Program-made: the position numbers and the translations under genes | The notes under the pieces: generated by a model | Told to the model about the DNA's origin: nothing | The model's input: only the letters and a program-made list of their open reading frames with translations | The model's database searches: none | From: Hormiphora californensis | Lineage: Eukaryota > Animalia > Ctenophora | Assembly: GCA_020137815.1 (NCBI GenBank) | Contig: CM035353.1 | Coordinates: 5,456,001 to 5,520,000, forward strand | Length of the DNA: 64,000 nucleotides | Reading direction: 5' to 3' | Part shown: in pieces, positions 1-13,067 of the stretch | How positions within the stretch are numbered: the stretch's first letter is position 1 | Layout of the letters: every line of letters begins with the position of its first letter

Positions 1-4
1 GAGT

Positions 5-240
5 AAACCTTATAACCTTAACCTTAACCTTAACCTTAACCTTAACCTTAACCTTAACCTTAACCTTAACCTTAACCTTAACCTTAACCTTAACCTTAAC
101 ATTAACCTTAACCTTAACCTTAACCTTAACCTTAACCTTAACCTTAACCTTAACCTTAACCTTAACCAATAACCTTAACCTTAACCTTAACCTTAACCTT
201 AACCTGGCCTTAACCTTAACCTGGCCTTAACCTTAACCTT
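5..240. repeat. (AACCTT)n / (TTAAGG)n hexamer microsatellite, intronic
   Basis: About 39 near-perfect copies, followed directly by a pyrimidine tract and the AG acceptor at 251-252. Confidence 0.95.
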
Positions 241-252
241 CATCTCTCCTAG

Positions 253-1406
253 GTACTTGCTAATTCGGTATTACTTGGTGCAACCAAACCTCGACAAGAT
301 ACGACATCTTGTGTCATTGAAGAGGCATTCTTTATCAAGACCGCTCAAAGTCCGGACAAACTAAAACTCAAGTTTCAATTGAAGGACCAGGACCACATGA
401 GCGAACATGATCTTTTAGGACATGTAAGTAGGGTAGAAAGGGGTAAAATGGCACACGGGGTAAAATGGCACATGTATGGGGTAAAATGGTCCTAGTTATT
501 ACATGTAGTCACGTGACTTTTTCTCCAGCGGAGACCTGCTCGTTCTGTTCCGAATTTTTGCTTTAAAACTGCTGTAATTTCTGTTTGAGTTGGCCGATTT
601 TAATTTTGCAAAAACTGCCAGTTAGGGTTTTTATCCTTCTAAAACTTGGTATAAAAATTTTTCAAAAAACCCACTATTAAGTTGATTAAATTGTCAAATT
701 AGTCAAACTGGGGTAAAATGGTTCACCCTCGCTGGGGTAAAATGGTTCACCCTGGGACCAATGAAATCGAGCCTCCAATACCACGTGATACCAACTGGGG
801 TAAAATGGTCCAGCACACTGGGGTAAAATGGTCCAGCAGAACAGAAATTACTGAAGATAACATGGACCATTTTACCCCAGTGCTCTAACAACACCAGGCA
901 CGTGATAAAAATCGAGCAATGCTATTGGCTGGACCATTTTACCCCAGTGCAAAATTTCCAAAAAAAGCCCTACCAAACTTTTTGAATTGATTAATTAAGC
1001 TATTAAATAAAACTTTCAGATTTTAAAATTTAGCTCGTCTGAAAGGAAAACGTTTCATTGGATAGCCTATATAATTTTTTTTCTTCTTGCTGTATAAATT
1101 GAGTATTTTAGAACCTAAAACGTTAGAAAGTGTGCCATTTTACCCCTTTCTACCCTATAAAAGAAAAGTGTGTTAATGCAAGTGTCGCAAGTGAGTTTTA
1201 TTATATTTTCATTATCCAATTTAAATATCCAATCGTGTACTTATATAACTATTAACTAATCCTTCCTTTTATCTCTCTCCTAGGGCTATTTTGATTTGAG
1301 CGAAGAAGATATGACAGAGAAACAAACCGTCCACCTGAAGTGGAAGGGAAGTGAGATCGGACAACTTTTAATCAGTGTTGATTTTCAAAATATAACAATT
1401 GTATAA
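253..1406 (+). CDS. C2-domain protein, last two coding exons (253-423, 1284-1406)
   Basis: ctag|exon|gtaagt and ctag|exon-TAA, both phase 0. Translation VLANSVLLGATKPRQDTTSCVIEEAFFIKTAQSPDKLKLKFQLKDQDHMSEHDLLGH/GYFDLSEEDMTEKQTVHLKWKGSEIGQLLISVDFQNITIV* fits the C2 pattern (E.F...L...l.D.D..S..D.LG...G.l.i.v.f). Confidence 0.75.
431..1155. mobile_element. Non-autonomous Tc1/mariner(pogo)-type MITE
   Basis: Perfect 26-bp TIR gggtagaaaggggtaaaatggcacac / gtgtgccattttacccctttctaccc, TA on both flanks, and many internal ggggtaaaatgg subterminal repeats in both orientations. Confidence 0.88.
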
Positions 1407-1705
1407 AAACTGTACCCTGGGACATTTTGTTGAGTAAGGGAAATTGATTTTAATTATCTAAATACGTTGCTTAGGAAACTAAATATGTGGTACACAATTA
1501 AGAAACAATATTATTTTTTGATACAATTTAGTTGAACGTAAAAATTAGCCCATTCTTCGTTTAGATGCTGTCTGCCGACCCGATTTCCGGATTTCAATCT
1601 GATCGCTAAAACGGGTCTCATGTTGCCACCAGACAAACTTCAGATGGGGCTCCGGCTAAATCAAGAAAGAGACCTAAATCTGACATTTCCATCCCCACGA
1701 AAATC

Positions 1706-2375
1706 TTGGTGACATATAGACACCTGGCGCGACCCCCGCACACAGGTGTCGGCTCCGCCCCCTAAAAAAGGGTCGTGTCTTTCAAGGCTTTTTGCACGCG
1801 ATCCACTGGACCGATTTGCATCCGGTTTGTCGCAAAAGACTACAAATTGATCCTAGTTTACTGGAAAATACCCGAGAAGTTTGTCTGTCAACAGGAAGTG
1901 GGTCAAAATTGACACTGAAGTCAAATCTATAATCTGGCTTCCGAGCCTTTTTGTACCACTCCCTGCTCCCAGACGGTTTAGAATGAATCTGAGGGTATCA
2001 GAAGATAGGTTGAAGTCTTGTGAGTACTGGAAAATACCCGGCATTAATAGCTGATGCTAATTGCATCAACATATCTCCCAATATCTTCTAAACCGCATGG
2101 GCGTAGTGCAGAAACTCTCGGAAGCCAGAATATAGATTTGACTTCAGTGTCAATTTTGACCCACTTCCTGTTGACAGACAAACTTCTCGGGTATTTTCCA
2201 GTATATTATGATCAATTTGTAGTCTTTTGCGACAAACCGGATGCAAATCGGTCCAGTGGATCGCTTGCAACAATGCAACATCCCTTGAAAGAAACGACCC
2301 TTTTTGGGGCGGAGCAGACACCTGTACTGTATGTGAGCTCTTAATCTTGGTCGCGTACGGTGTCTATTTCACCAA
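1706..2375. mobile_element. Foldback MITE with TTGGTGA termini and 9-bp TSD (Mutator-like), long member
   Basis: TSD acgaaaatc at 1697-1705 and 2376-2384; ttggtga...tcaccaa termini; inverted arms about 1745-1945 vs 2117-2325. Confidence 0.8.
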
Positions 2376-3023
2376 ACGAAAATCCTGTCTTATCTATCTA
2401 TCTGCACGCCAGTACCATTTGCCAATTAGGGTTCCCACGACCCGCACCTCAAACCTCGATTCAAGGGACCCTCTATTTACCGAACGGATAAATTTCCCCT
2501 GAACTAGATCACTCCACCTATTCATACTGCACCGCAATTAGAATCTGTCTGGCGGCGCCGACCCGACCCGACCTGAGCACCGCCAACAGCCTAAGAAAAT
2601 CACCCCATCAAAAGTTTGAATCGCTAATTCTTGATTGGCGTCGCTAAAAAACTCGTTCACGGGATTCGCGACGCTATCAAGAATTAGCGAGTCAAACTGT
2701 TGATAGGGGCAACCGTGCAATTGAACCTTTCCCATTGGGAAGTGTGGGAATCCCTCACTTTCCTGAGAAGTCCGGTAAATCGAGATTTTACTGGTAGCTG
2801 AACATGAAAATTAAAAAAGCGTTTTAGATTCAAAGTATATGTGTTCCAATTGACTGATATATAAATCACTAAATTGTATTGTTCCATTGCAATTTGCACC
2901 ATTAATTGTCTCAATTATATTGTCTCAATTGACCGTAGATTCACAACTGCATATAACGTGGTTCCTCTCAGCGAGAGAGAGATGTGGAGTTCCACTCAGC
3001 GAGATAGAGATGTGGAGTTCCAC

Positions 3024-3149
3024 TCAGCGATGATGCATGACTGGGGAGGAATGTTTGGATGGTAGGAGGGTGGTGAATCCGTCCTCTGGGGGCTGCTCGT
3101 AGTCTGGATCCTCGATTTCATCTTCAAAATCACTACTATCTGGATCATC
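3024..3149 (-). pseudogene. Duplicate copy of the SH2 gene terminal exon
   Basis: Identical to 4652-4777 with an intact acceptor (ctttgcag) and stop. Confidence 0.6.
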
Positions 3150-3422
3150 CTGCAAAGAGTTGTATTGTTCATACAACACAAGCAAAGAGAGGAATTGTTA
3201 TATGTTCTAACCCTCCTTTACGGGGTGCGCGAAACAGTCTAGCTAGGTAAGAGAGGGAGTTGAGTCAACAAGAAACTGAGGCCCACAGTGTGTGGGCCCC
3301 ACACCGTCCTACTGATATGAGGGGAGTCAGTAGGACGGTGTGGGTGAGACACAACAAGGGGGAGAGTAGAGAGTGAGATGATATCAGTGATTCGTATTAT
3401 GGGCTGCGACTTCCAGCAGTAA

Positions 3423-3637
3423 CGGACCCCGATTTACCGGACCCCGATTTACCGGACCCCGATTTACCGGACCCCGATTTACCGGACCCCGATTTACCGG
3501 ACCCCGATTTACCGGACCCCGATTTACCGGACACCGATTTACCGGACCCCGATTTACCGGACACCGATTTACCGGACCCCGATTTACCGGACCCCGATTT
3601 ACCGGACCCCGATTTACTGGACCCCGATTTACCGGAC
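3423..3637. repeat. 15-bp minisatellite (GGACCCCGATTTACC)n
   Basis: About 14 tandem copies; source of the GKSGS and VNRGP pseudo-ORFs. Confidence 0.95.
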
Positions 3638-4651
3638 CCTCTATTTACCGAACGGATAAATTTCCCCTGAACTAGATCACTCCACCTATTCATACTGCAC
3701 CGCAATTAGAATCTGTCTGGCGGCGCCGACCCGACCCGACCTGAGCACCGCCAACAGCCTAAGAAAATCACCCCATCAAAAGTTTGAATCGCTAATTCTT
3801 GATTGGCGTCGCTAAAAAACTCGTTCACGGGATTCGCGACGCTATCAAGAATTAGCGAGTCAAACTGTTGATAGGGGCAACCGTGCAATTGAACCTTTCC
3901 CATTGGGAAGTGTGGGAATCCCTCACTTTCCTGAGAAGTCCGGTAAATCGAGATTTTACTGGTAGCTGAACATGAAAATTAAAAAAGCGTTTTTTGGGTT
4001 ATTTAACAAGAGATCCTCATATCGAAATACAATTGAGTAGTATTACAACAGATATATTTCACGCACAAACACACACGATCACGTACACTCCAAATAACAG
4101 ATCAGTACAAACTACAAGTAGAACTTTTTAGTCAGACTCAATCGCAATTGGGATAATGTGCCAGTTGTACCTAAAACACTATGGAGCTGTTGGATCGGTG
4201 TTCAATTGAATCTTTTAGACCTAAAATCTAGCCCTTTTACCGCCTAGAAAAACACAAACTTAGTTACACATACACACACACACAAACACACGAATCGTAT
4301 TGTTTGAGTTTGCAATTGTTATAAAATATATATATTTCCTATCAGTGTCACTTCCCTCATCATGAGTGATCCTATATTTCTTACAAATTTCAGTCCTAAA
4401 GTTATTAGATTTCCACATCATATGATGAGCTCGGATTTCTCTCAATCACGCAATAAATCAAAGTATATGTGTTCCAATTGACTGATATATAAATCACTAA
4501 ATTGTATTGTTCCATTGCAATTTGCACCATTAATTGTCTCAATTATATTGTCTCAATTGACCGTAGATTCACAACTGCATATAACGTGGTTCCTCTCAGC
4601 GAGAGAGAGATGTGGAGTTCCACTCAGCGAGATAGAGATGTGGAGTTCCAC

Positions 4652-6450
4652 TCAGCGATGATGCATGACTGGGGAGGAATGTTTGGATGGTAGGAGGGTG
4701 GTGAATCCGTCCTCTGGGGGCTGCTCGTAGTCTGGATCCTCGATTTCATCTTCAAAATCACTACTATCTGGATCATCCTGCAAAGAGTTGTATTGTTCAT
4801 ACAACACAAGCAAAGAGAGGAATTGTTATATGTTCTAACCCTCCTTTACGGGGTGCGCGAAACAGTCTAGCTAGGTAAGAGAGGGAGTTGAGTCAACAAG
4901 AAACTGAGGCCCACAGTGTGTGGGCCCCACACCGTCCTACTGATATGAGGGGAGTCAGTAGGACGGTGTGGGTGAGACACAACAAGGGGGAGAGTAGAGA
5001 GTGAGATGATATCAGTGATTCGTATTATGGGCTGCGACTTCCAGCAGTAACGGACCCCGATTTACCGGACCCCGATTTACCGGACCCCGATTTACCGGAC
5101 CCCGATTTACCGGACCCCGATTTACCGGACCCCGATTTACCGGACCCCGATTTACCGGACACCGATTTACCGGACCCCGATTTACCGGACACCGATTTAC
5201 CGGACCCCGATTTACCGGACCCCGATTTACCGGACCCCGATTTACTGGACCCCGATTTACCGGACCCCGATTTACCAGGATGATCACGGGAAGGTTTTGT
5301 CTGGTAAATCTGGGTCCACCTGCATTTCAAATTACCTTGTATAACGGGTTATTTCTGTTGAGTGTGAGTTTACACGCCAAGCCCTCCTGCTCATTGCAGT
5401 GATGATGAATCAGGGACTCCATGTCTGCAAATACCCTTCCACTACCCTGCAGAATAGAGAGTGCAGGGGGTTATAAACAGGGAGAGTGGTTTATAAAACC
5501 GTGGTTAGATACTCTGTTTCATCGTGCCCCCCCAAGGGGAGCTGGTTAGAAGAAGTTACATATAAACCGATGAACTGATCATGGCGGTGCAGTCGGGAGA
5601 GATTATTGATAGACATACCGGGAAGTAGAATCCCTCGTTACTAGGGTAAATCAGATAGTGGTAGGTACCGTTAGCTCCCCGTAGTGATAGCGCAAAGCAA
5701 CCTGGGGGGGGGGAGAAGATGCTACAATAAAAAACCATCCGATACCTCCAGACATGTCAAGGCTCATGTTCGCAACAGTTCAAGGAAGCCGGGCTGTTAC
5801 AGAGCATGGTTACACGTTATGGAAGGAGCTGTTACAGCTAACATGTGCAGGGAGAGTAGTAGTTCACCAAGAGATGTCATGAAATGGTTTTATAAGAACT
5901 GTAACTATGAGATCCTACCTTTCTGTGTCTGAGACATTCGTACAATAAAGGCACCCTCGCACTCGTGTAACAAGCACTCCAGTGCAATGTGTCTCGGGAT
6001 GCCGCCCTGGAACCAGAATTGATCCTTTATCTCTGGAGGTATAGTCATCTGGTCCGTTACAACGTGACTGGGTCTCCTTAGGTTCTCCTGTTGTGCGGAC
6101 AGCTGCTGTTAGTGATATATATGTGCTGTACAGTCTCTGTGTATGATATATCGTGTTTCAGTCAGAGCATTGACCATTGACCCAGATATTCTCGTGCAAT
6201 CAGAGCACTGTCCTGACATAACTATTATACCCACTAATACCATTTGCCGCTCCAGAATATATGGAACACCCTGTACCAACTTACCATTTGCCGCTCGGGT
6301 ATTGAATGAGGCTCACAGCTTCCACTTCGTTTCCACCTCTGGTTGGAGCTGAGCGGGTGGGCTGGTGGTGTTTCAGATCCGTCCAGCCAATTCTCAATCC
6401 GCGACTTGATATCCGAGTCTTTTAGTGCTGTCCGCAGATCAACGGGTGAT
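4652..6450 (-). CDS. SH2-domain adaptor, tensin-like/EGFRAP-like; 3' exons 6285-6450, 5919-6105, 5619-5701, 5336-5446, 4652-4777
   Basis: Phase-compatible GT-AG joins give ...DQFWFQGGIPRHIALECLLHECEGAFIVRMSQTQKGCFALSLRGANGTYHYLIYPSNEGFYFPGSGRVFADMESLIHHHCNEQEGLACKLTLNRNNPLYKDDPDSSDFEDEIEDPDYEQPP...HHR*, with classic SH2 motifs (W..G.I.R, FIVR.S, HYLI). The 5' end was not found. Confidence 0.9.
5051..5276. repeat. 15-bp minisatellite (GGACCCCGATTTACC)n, second copy
   Basis: About 15 copies; an inverted motif ggtaaatctgggtcc at ~5303-5317 suggests it is an expanded MITE terminal motif. Confidence 0.93.
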
Positions 6451-6491
6451 CTGGAGAGAGAGAGGGTGAGAGAGAGAGAGAGAGAGAGGGT

Positions 6492-6530
<39 letters not shown>

Positions 6531-6563
6531 GGAGAGAGCAGTGTGTAATTGATTGTTTCAATG

Positions 6564-7150
6564 ATATATATACCGCGAGTGCACATATCACTCCCGCTGT
6601 GCGCGACCATTTGCACGCTGAAATATCCTTGCTGCGCGGGAGCGTGCGATATGTTAGCGTGGAATTAATGAGAAAAGTTTCTGCGTTTACACAACAACGG
6701 ATATGTGACTGAAAGGGATACACGAAAGGAAGAAGGTCGGTGACATTTAACAAAAGAAAACCATTTCTCTCAAATAACCTTATCAGTTTTGTTGTTTGCT
6801 ATTTCCAGAATTCCAATCTTCCCTCTCGCATTCTCTCTTTGGCTCTCTCTTGCTTTTCAAATACTAACAGACAGTTCCTTTTGAAAAGGTGCAGAGTGTA
6901 TTTTTGTGTATTTTGCTAGTTTTATCTTGTTGTTAGTTCTCTTGGTGTGTAATCACCAAACTTACTGATGTTCTTTGATGGGCTTGGTTGCTCGGAATAT
7001 ATACTCAAAACGTCCTGCAGACGGCTCTGCAAGCGCTGCCTATTCGTTTTACATCGTGCAATATAGTGTAAATGCACTCCAAAAGGGGTGTCGTCCATTT
7101 CACTCCAATACCTTGCAGTGCAGAGCGTAATGGCTGCGCCTCACTGCGTG
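6564..7150. mobile_element. Dispersed repeat without TIRs (related copy at 53746-54997, opposite orientation)
   Basis: tataccgcgagtgcacatatcactcccgctgtgcgcgaccatttgcacgctgaaatat is shared in reverse with 54935-54995; the other end matches 53750-53925. Confidence 0.7.
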
Positions 7151-9496
7151 GCAGAACTTATGTCACTAATACAGGAATACATTTAACAATGATTATACCG
7201 TGTAATCTTGGACACATACATTTGATCTCTACAATATTTAAATTTAACCTGTTGTAGGGTTTAATTGTGGGCAGGGTGGTGACTTTGCTGTCCCTGGTAT
7301 GTTCTTTTCTCTTTTTCGCAAGGGAAAATATAGGGAGGGGGGGGGGGGGGACCATGGTTAATTTAAGAAGGTGGAAGGGCTCCCGGAAGAAATTTTTTGG
7401 GGTTTTAATTATCAAATTCATTACCCCAATAAAAAAAGCTTATGCCCGGGTTCGGGCTTTGGGGTGGTGGGGGAAACCTTGGCCCCCCAAACGGCTTTGT
7501 GGCCCTACAATACCTGAACTTACCCCTGAAATTTTTTCCCGGCCCCCAATGTTTTTTTAATTTTCCCAAAATTTTCGTGTTTTAACTGAAATTTTGGGAT
7601 GGGGCCCCTTTTTCGGTTGGTTAAAAAAAACCAACCATTGTCCACATGTTTAAAAATTTACAAGCGTGGTAAAGGGATTTGGAAAAAGCGGCATATTGGG
7701 GCGGGCGGACCGGGAAAATTTGGGCAAACGATTGGGGGGTTTATAATAGGAGGGTTGGGGTGGGGGAATAAAAAGAATTTGGGGGGGGTTTTGTAAGGGA
7801 TTTGGGCCGAAAAGGTGAGAATGATTAAAGAGGTGGCCTAAAAGGAAAAAGCCGGGCACACACAATGGCAGCCCTCCCACCCCGGTCCCCCTTTCCCCTT
7901 CCCTCGCACAAAGTTGGGAAAAAAATTGGGCAAGAGTTTTGGGGGGGGTTGGGGTTTAGGAAATCCCGCTCCCTTCCCGCCTTTTGGGGGTTTCCCGGGC
8001 CCCTTTCCCTTGCGGAGATTTTTGGTGGTGTTTTTTTTTTTTTAATTGTTTTGAAAAATTCTTTAAAAAAGGGAATTTTTAAATTTTAGGCCTCCCCTTT
8101 TGGGGCGGGCGGCCCCTCCTCAATTCGGCTCTAATTCCCCTTCCCAATTGGCCGCTAACCATTAAAAACCCGGGAAAACCCAAAATTTTGCCCCCCCCCT
8201 CCCCTTTCCCCTTTCCCCCCTTTCTTCCTCCCTTTTCCCTTTTAAAAATAAAATTTGGTCTCTCCTTTCTGTGGTGGGGGGAAGTGGTCGGGTTTTTAAT
8301 ATCCCAATTTAAACCCGCCAGGGCGAAAATAACGTTAATCACCTTGGGGTTTCTGGGCTGGTTTTTAAATACAGGTTAACATAGTTTTGTCATATTCTTA
8401 GGAATCGAGGACATGGCCAAAACAACCCCTGGGGAAGGGAAGAAAAAACTAATTTTTTTCCCCTTTTTAAAAACCAAACGTGTTTCGGGCTCCCTATTTT
8501 ATTTGGTTTTCCCTTTTAAACTTGAAACAAAAATATTAAGATGTGATTTTTCCCCTTTTTTGGGTTTTTGGTTTTTTCCCTTGTTGAATTCTAAACAAAA
8601 AAAACCTTTAAACCCCTGCCTTCTTTTTTAAACCCCCCTTCCCCCTCGTGTCTCCGTGTTTAACCTTTATCCGCACTAAAATTTTTGCCCTTTCCCCGCG
8701 CGTTGGAATTGAAAAGTGAGGGAAGGTTTATGGTTATAACAAACCCAACTGGGGAAAATTTTCAAAAAGGAAGAATGGGGGGGAAGTACTGAGTATTTCC
8801 AGTATTTTCTGATGGGAGAAAGGAGATAAAGGGAGAGAGATAAGAAATTGAAAATCATACGATTTGATATACATGCTACACAATATATTTGTGTGTGTGT
8901 AAGAGGGTGGAGGAGGAGGAATGGTCCTGCTTTGCGGTTTTGCGGTGCTCTATGTTGTCCCGGCCCTGTTCCTCAGATTCGCTACTATCTCTCTCTCTAT
9001 GTTCTCTCTCTCTCTCTCTCTCTCTATTCTCTCTCTTCTCTCTCTTTCTATCTTCTCTTCTCCTCTCTCTCCCTCCTCTCCTTCTCTTTCTCTTTTCTCA
9101 GTTTCTCTTCCTACTGTTAAGTCGCTAAACTCTCTTCCTATCTCTCTCTGATTCTCATTTTCTTTTCCTGTACTATGATTCTCTCGCTAAACTCTCTTCC
9201 TATCTCTCTCTGATTCTCATTTTCTTTTCCTGTACTATGATTCTCTTTCTTCTTTCCTCGCTGATTGAGCCGTTCTCGATAACCTTAAACTTTCATCCAG
9301 ACTTAATTTTTCCAATAATCAAACTAGGTATGAGCTCTGTCTCCGGTACACTTTTGTTCCTAAATTTTTCTCCATTGCCTATAATTCTGAGGCTGTTGGT
9401 TCCGGGCACTGACAGTATTTGAGGTCTCTGCAAGAGCTGAAGATAGAGAGAGAGAGAAATATAGAAAATGGGGGGAAGGGGAGAGAGAGATAACGA

Positions 9497-9596
9497 NNNN
9501 NNNNNNNNNNNNNNNNNNNNNNNNNNNNNNNNNNNNNNNNNNNNNNNNNNNNNNNNNNNNNNNNNNNNNNNNNNNNNNNNNNNNNNNNNNNNNNNN
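9497..9596. other. Assembly gap (100 N)
   Basis: Run of exactly 100 n, typical of a scaffold join; continuity across it is not guaranteed. Confidence 0.99.
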
Positions 9597-9827
9597 AAAG
9601 AAACGGAGGAAAACCATAGGAAACCATTATCTTGATTCCGTTTGTTTTAGCTGGTGATGGATTGAATGGTGAAGCCATTCCTCAGGTGTTTGTTTGTACT
9701 GCACCAAAACACAATACGTGTGTGTTCTACATGAGGGAGAGGTTAGAAAGCGGCCACAGAAAGCAAGAAAAGTAGAAGAAAGCGGAGGCGAGAGAGAAGA
9801 GAGTGAAGAGAGAGAGAGAGAGAGATG

Positions 9828-9872
<45 letters not shown>

Positions 9873-10846
9873 AGAGCTAGCTGGGGGTGATAGTAATGAT
9901 CTCTATAATAGTTCACGTGATAATAAATCAACACTTGATCAGAAAATACTGCACCGAGCTAACGCCCAGTTGAAACCCAACAAGGAGGGGAGAGAGGAGG
10001 TGTCGATTTGTTATAGAGGTATGCATCGATTTGTAATCCAACTTGCTGACCATGATAATCTATCATCTGACACAGCCAATATCAAATATATTTTATATTA
10101 TTTTGATTTTTGCACCGTTCCGCACAATATTACCACATTTTATATATTCGATAAGTTGAAACCCACAACTGTGACGTCATAGCGTGAACCGGACGATGTG
10201 AGAGTGTGTGTGTAGGAGGAGACACATAACATGATGAGAGAAAAAGAGGGAGGAGAAATGGAAGTCAACCTATAGTTGTGTACATTTTATATATTGGTGG
10301 TGAAATTACTACAAACAAGAATTATATTCACTATTCAGTGTGACTATTATCTACTATCCCCTCCCCATTTTTATGTGGTTTGGAAATTCCATTGTCCATC
10401 AAACAAGGAAACGCGTCGTATGGTTTCAGGAAATGACGTCCCTCAAGAAGTTAAATGATTCCTTCACTATTCCGCATGGTTTTCGGTTTTCCTTCTTTCA
10501 CAATTCAAAAGTCTTTTGGATAGACAAGGAAACCACGTAATATGTTGGTACGGGAGAGAGCTAGATATATGGTGACTGGGAAGGATAGAGCTGTAAGGGT
10601 GGGAGACAAATATACATACTTCTTGTGCTGTGCAATTGTCTACATTCAATTGTCTGTACATTACAGGGTTAGAATTAAAGGAACAAAGGGATTACTGCAA
10701 AGGTGGGACAAGTATGTTGACGTCGATGGTATTACGGCATTGTATGCCCACATAGTTACTATCTTTCCTATCCTTATTTTCTCTCCTATCTCTCTCTTTC
10801 CCTCTCCTATCTCTCGATCTTTTTTCATCTCTCTCTCACTTTCGCT

Positions 10847-10884
<38 letters not shown>

Positions 10885-11119
10885 TTCGCTCTTTTTCTCT
10901 CTCGTTTCTCTTGCTTGATCATGTCCTCTCCATGTCAGACTTCATCAGCAGCTCGTCATATATAACTCGGCAGGGGGCCACTCTCGCATACACACTCTAC
11001 ACTCTACTACTTGTTGTAGTATATATTTCTTAGTAGTACAATAACGTGTGACAAAGTAACGATTCCTGCGGGAGGAGAGGAGAGGAGGGAGAGAGAGGGG
11101 AGAGAGGGAGAGAGAGAGG

Positions 11120-11166
<47 letters not shown>

Positions 11167-11349
11167 GGAGCAAGGAGGGAGAGAGAGCGGGAGAGAGAGA
11201 GTAACGAGAGCAGAGGGATGAGAGAGAGAGAGAGAGGAGAGTTAAGAAGAGAGGGAGAGAGTAGAGGTGAGAGAGAGCGGGAGAGAGAGAGAGGGAGAGA
11301 GAGAGCGGTGAGAGCGAGAGAGAGAGGGAGATGAGAGCTCTCTCTCGCT

Positions 11350-11403
<54 letters not shown>

Positions 11404-11553
11404 CCTTCTTACTCTCCCTTTCTTGTTTTCATATCTTATAACCAATAGGTTCTAAGCTCAACCTATTTATTTTCCAATTTTCTACTCTCTGAAGGGAGGG
11501 ATCGTGTGTGGGAGAGACATGGATATTCCTGCTTTGCCCCCTGGCCTTTCAAA

Positions 11554-11584
<31 letters not shown>

Positions 11585-12277
11585 TCTCTTACTCTATCTC
11601 TGTCTTCTCTTTCTTTCTCCCTTTCCCACCTCTCCCTAATAAACATATAAATAAAACACTGAGTAAAGAATAAGTCACACACACAATTGGCCGGGGAGAG
11701 TGTGTGTGTACAAAAGAGGTTGTGTGTAAGAAGGAAACTGAGCGTTTTACTACCCAGCGCCACATGTGTTGTAGTACAAGGCCATGCAGTCCGCCGCCAC
11801 ATGTGCAAGGGGAGAGACACACACATTGGTCGATTAGTGAGGATTAGTGTGCTGCGATTCGCCGATTAGTGATCATATTAGTCATATACATGTGTCTAAT
11901 ATGATCACTATTATATATCCGGGAGCGAGCCGTCATTGATGTCATCATGCACTGTGAAATTTAGTAACCCCACCACCAGCTAGTAGCCATCCGCCCATGG
12001 CCTGTATAATAGCAAGTAACTAATAGTGTAACTAACGCTCCAGTTGCAAATTGGAAACTGACACCAGCTTGGAAACTGACGCCAGTTTCCAGCTGGGAGA
12101 CTCCTGATGAACCATGCTGAACGTGTCATCTACGATCACGTGACCGAATTTCGATGTGAATTGCATTGAAAGTAGCGCTGCGAGTAGTGTTAGCACTGTA
12201 ATTCGTAACTGGGAGCTGCAAACTGATACCAGTTTCCAATTAATTGTAACAGGGCCCTAACAATAAAACACACATAC

Positions 12278-12765
12278 CATAAGGGGTTGAAGGTATTGCT
12301 TGATCAGCATGGCTTTTTCCTGACCACTCAGTACATTTTCCACCTTAAACGTCGCCATGTACTGAAACAATGACAACTATTAAAAATGACCGTTCTACAT
12401 TCTAAAACATGGTTTTGGTAAAAGAATGACCTGCATATGACAAACGTCTAAATGCCATATGGCCCGTACTCTCACCTTGATTTACCGAACCCTCACAAAG
12501 CCCGCTCTGTGAGGGTTCTATCCATCACAGAGCGAGAGCTCACACCATGCAGTTACACATGACATACCTTGCACGGTTTTATAATCCCGGGTAGTCGACC
12601 CTTTGTGTCAAACTGTGGCTGCCTGTTCTTGTACCGATCATTATTCACCGGTAATGCAGGCGATACTGCAGTAACATCTGGCGTGACGGCTGGTGTGGGT
12701 GTTGTCGAAATGGATGTAACTTGAGGTCCTTGGGCAGCCCTCTTCTTAGCTTTCAATAGATACAT
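12278..12765 (-). CDS. Probable exons of an unidentified gene (about 12568-12765+ and 12278-12361); possibly the 5' part of the SH2 gene
   Basis: Open frames ...PGIIKPCK|gtatgt and tttcag|YMATFKVENVLSGQEKAMLIKQYLQPLM|gtatgt with compatible phase 0; no recognisable domain. Confidence 0.45.
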
Positions 12766-13067
12766 CTCCCTCGCTCCGGTACCGCACTTAGCTGCTCTTT
12801 CTTTTTAAACCATGTTTGACTTGTAAGGGGGTATATAGTGTCAGTTCCTGGAGCTCAATCAAATAACTCTAGGAGTTAGGAACAACAAATATGTTTGAAA
12901 TATGTACTGTGGATTAAGGTCGCTGAAAAGAACACTTTCCAGTTCGCAAGGGCATTGACGTAACAACTTGGAAGTGGACTTAGATTATTCAAAACCCATA
13001 AATCACGTCATCAGATGTAAAGTTGTCAAGTCCAACTCAACATGGGCTGCGGTGGAGTCACGAAACG

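Larger units (their letters stand above)
2466..5276. repeat. Tandem segmental duplication (2466-3633 vs 3634-5276; the first copy lacks ~465 bp)
   Basis: 2466-2825 recurs at 3634-3993 and 2829-3633 recurs at 4457-5261 essentially identically; paired identical ORFs in the ORF track. Confidence 0.92.

Noticed and set aside
1-240. Possible variant telomere (TTAAGG)n at the window start
   Set aside because: Preceded by non-repeat gagt (probably the end of a gtgagt donor) and followed immediately by an acceptor and coding exon; it is an intronic microsatellite.
3397-5330. GKSGS / VNRGP repeat ORFs
   Set aside because: Translations of a 15-bp intronic minisatellite.
7260-8860. Cluster of ORFs rich in F/K/G/P
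   Set aside because: Homopolymer-inflated, low-quality consensus; no coherent protein.
12553-12765. CKVCH motif as a piggyBac cysteine-rich domain
   Set aside because: A strong donor (gtatgt) falls inside the motif; no TTAA/TIR or transposase sequence nearby.
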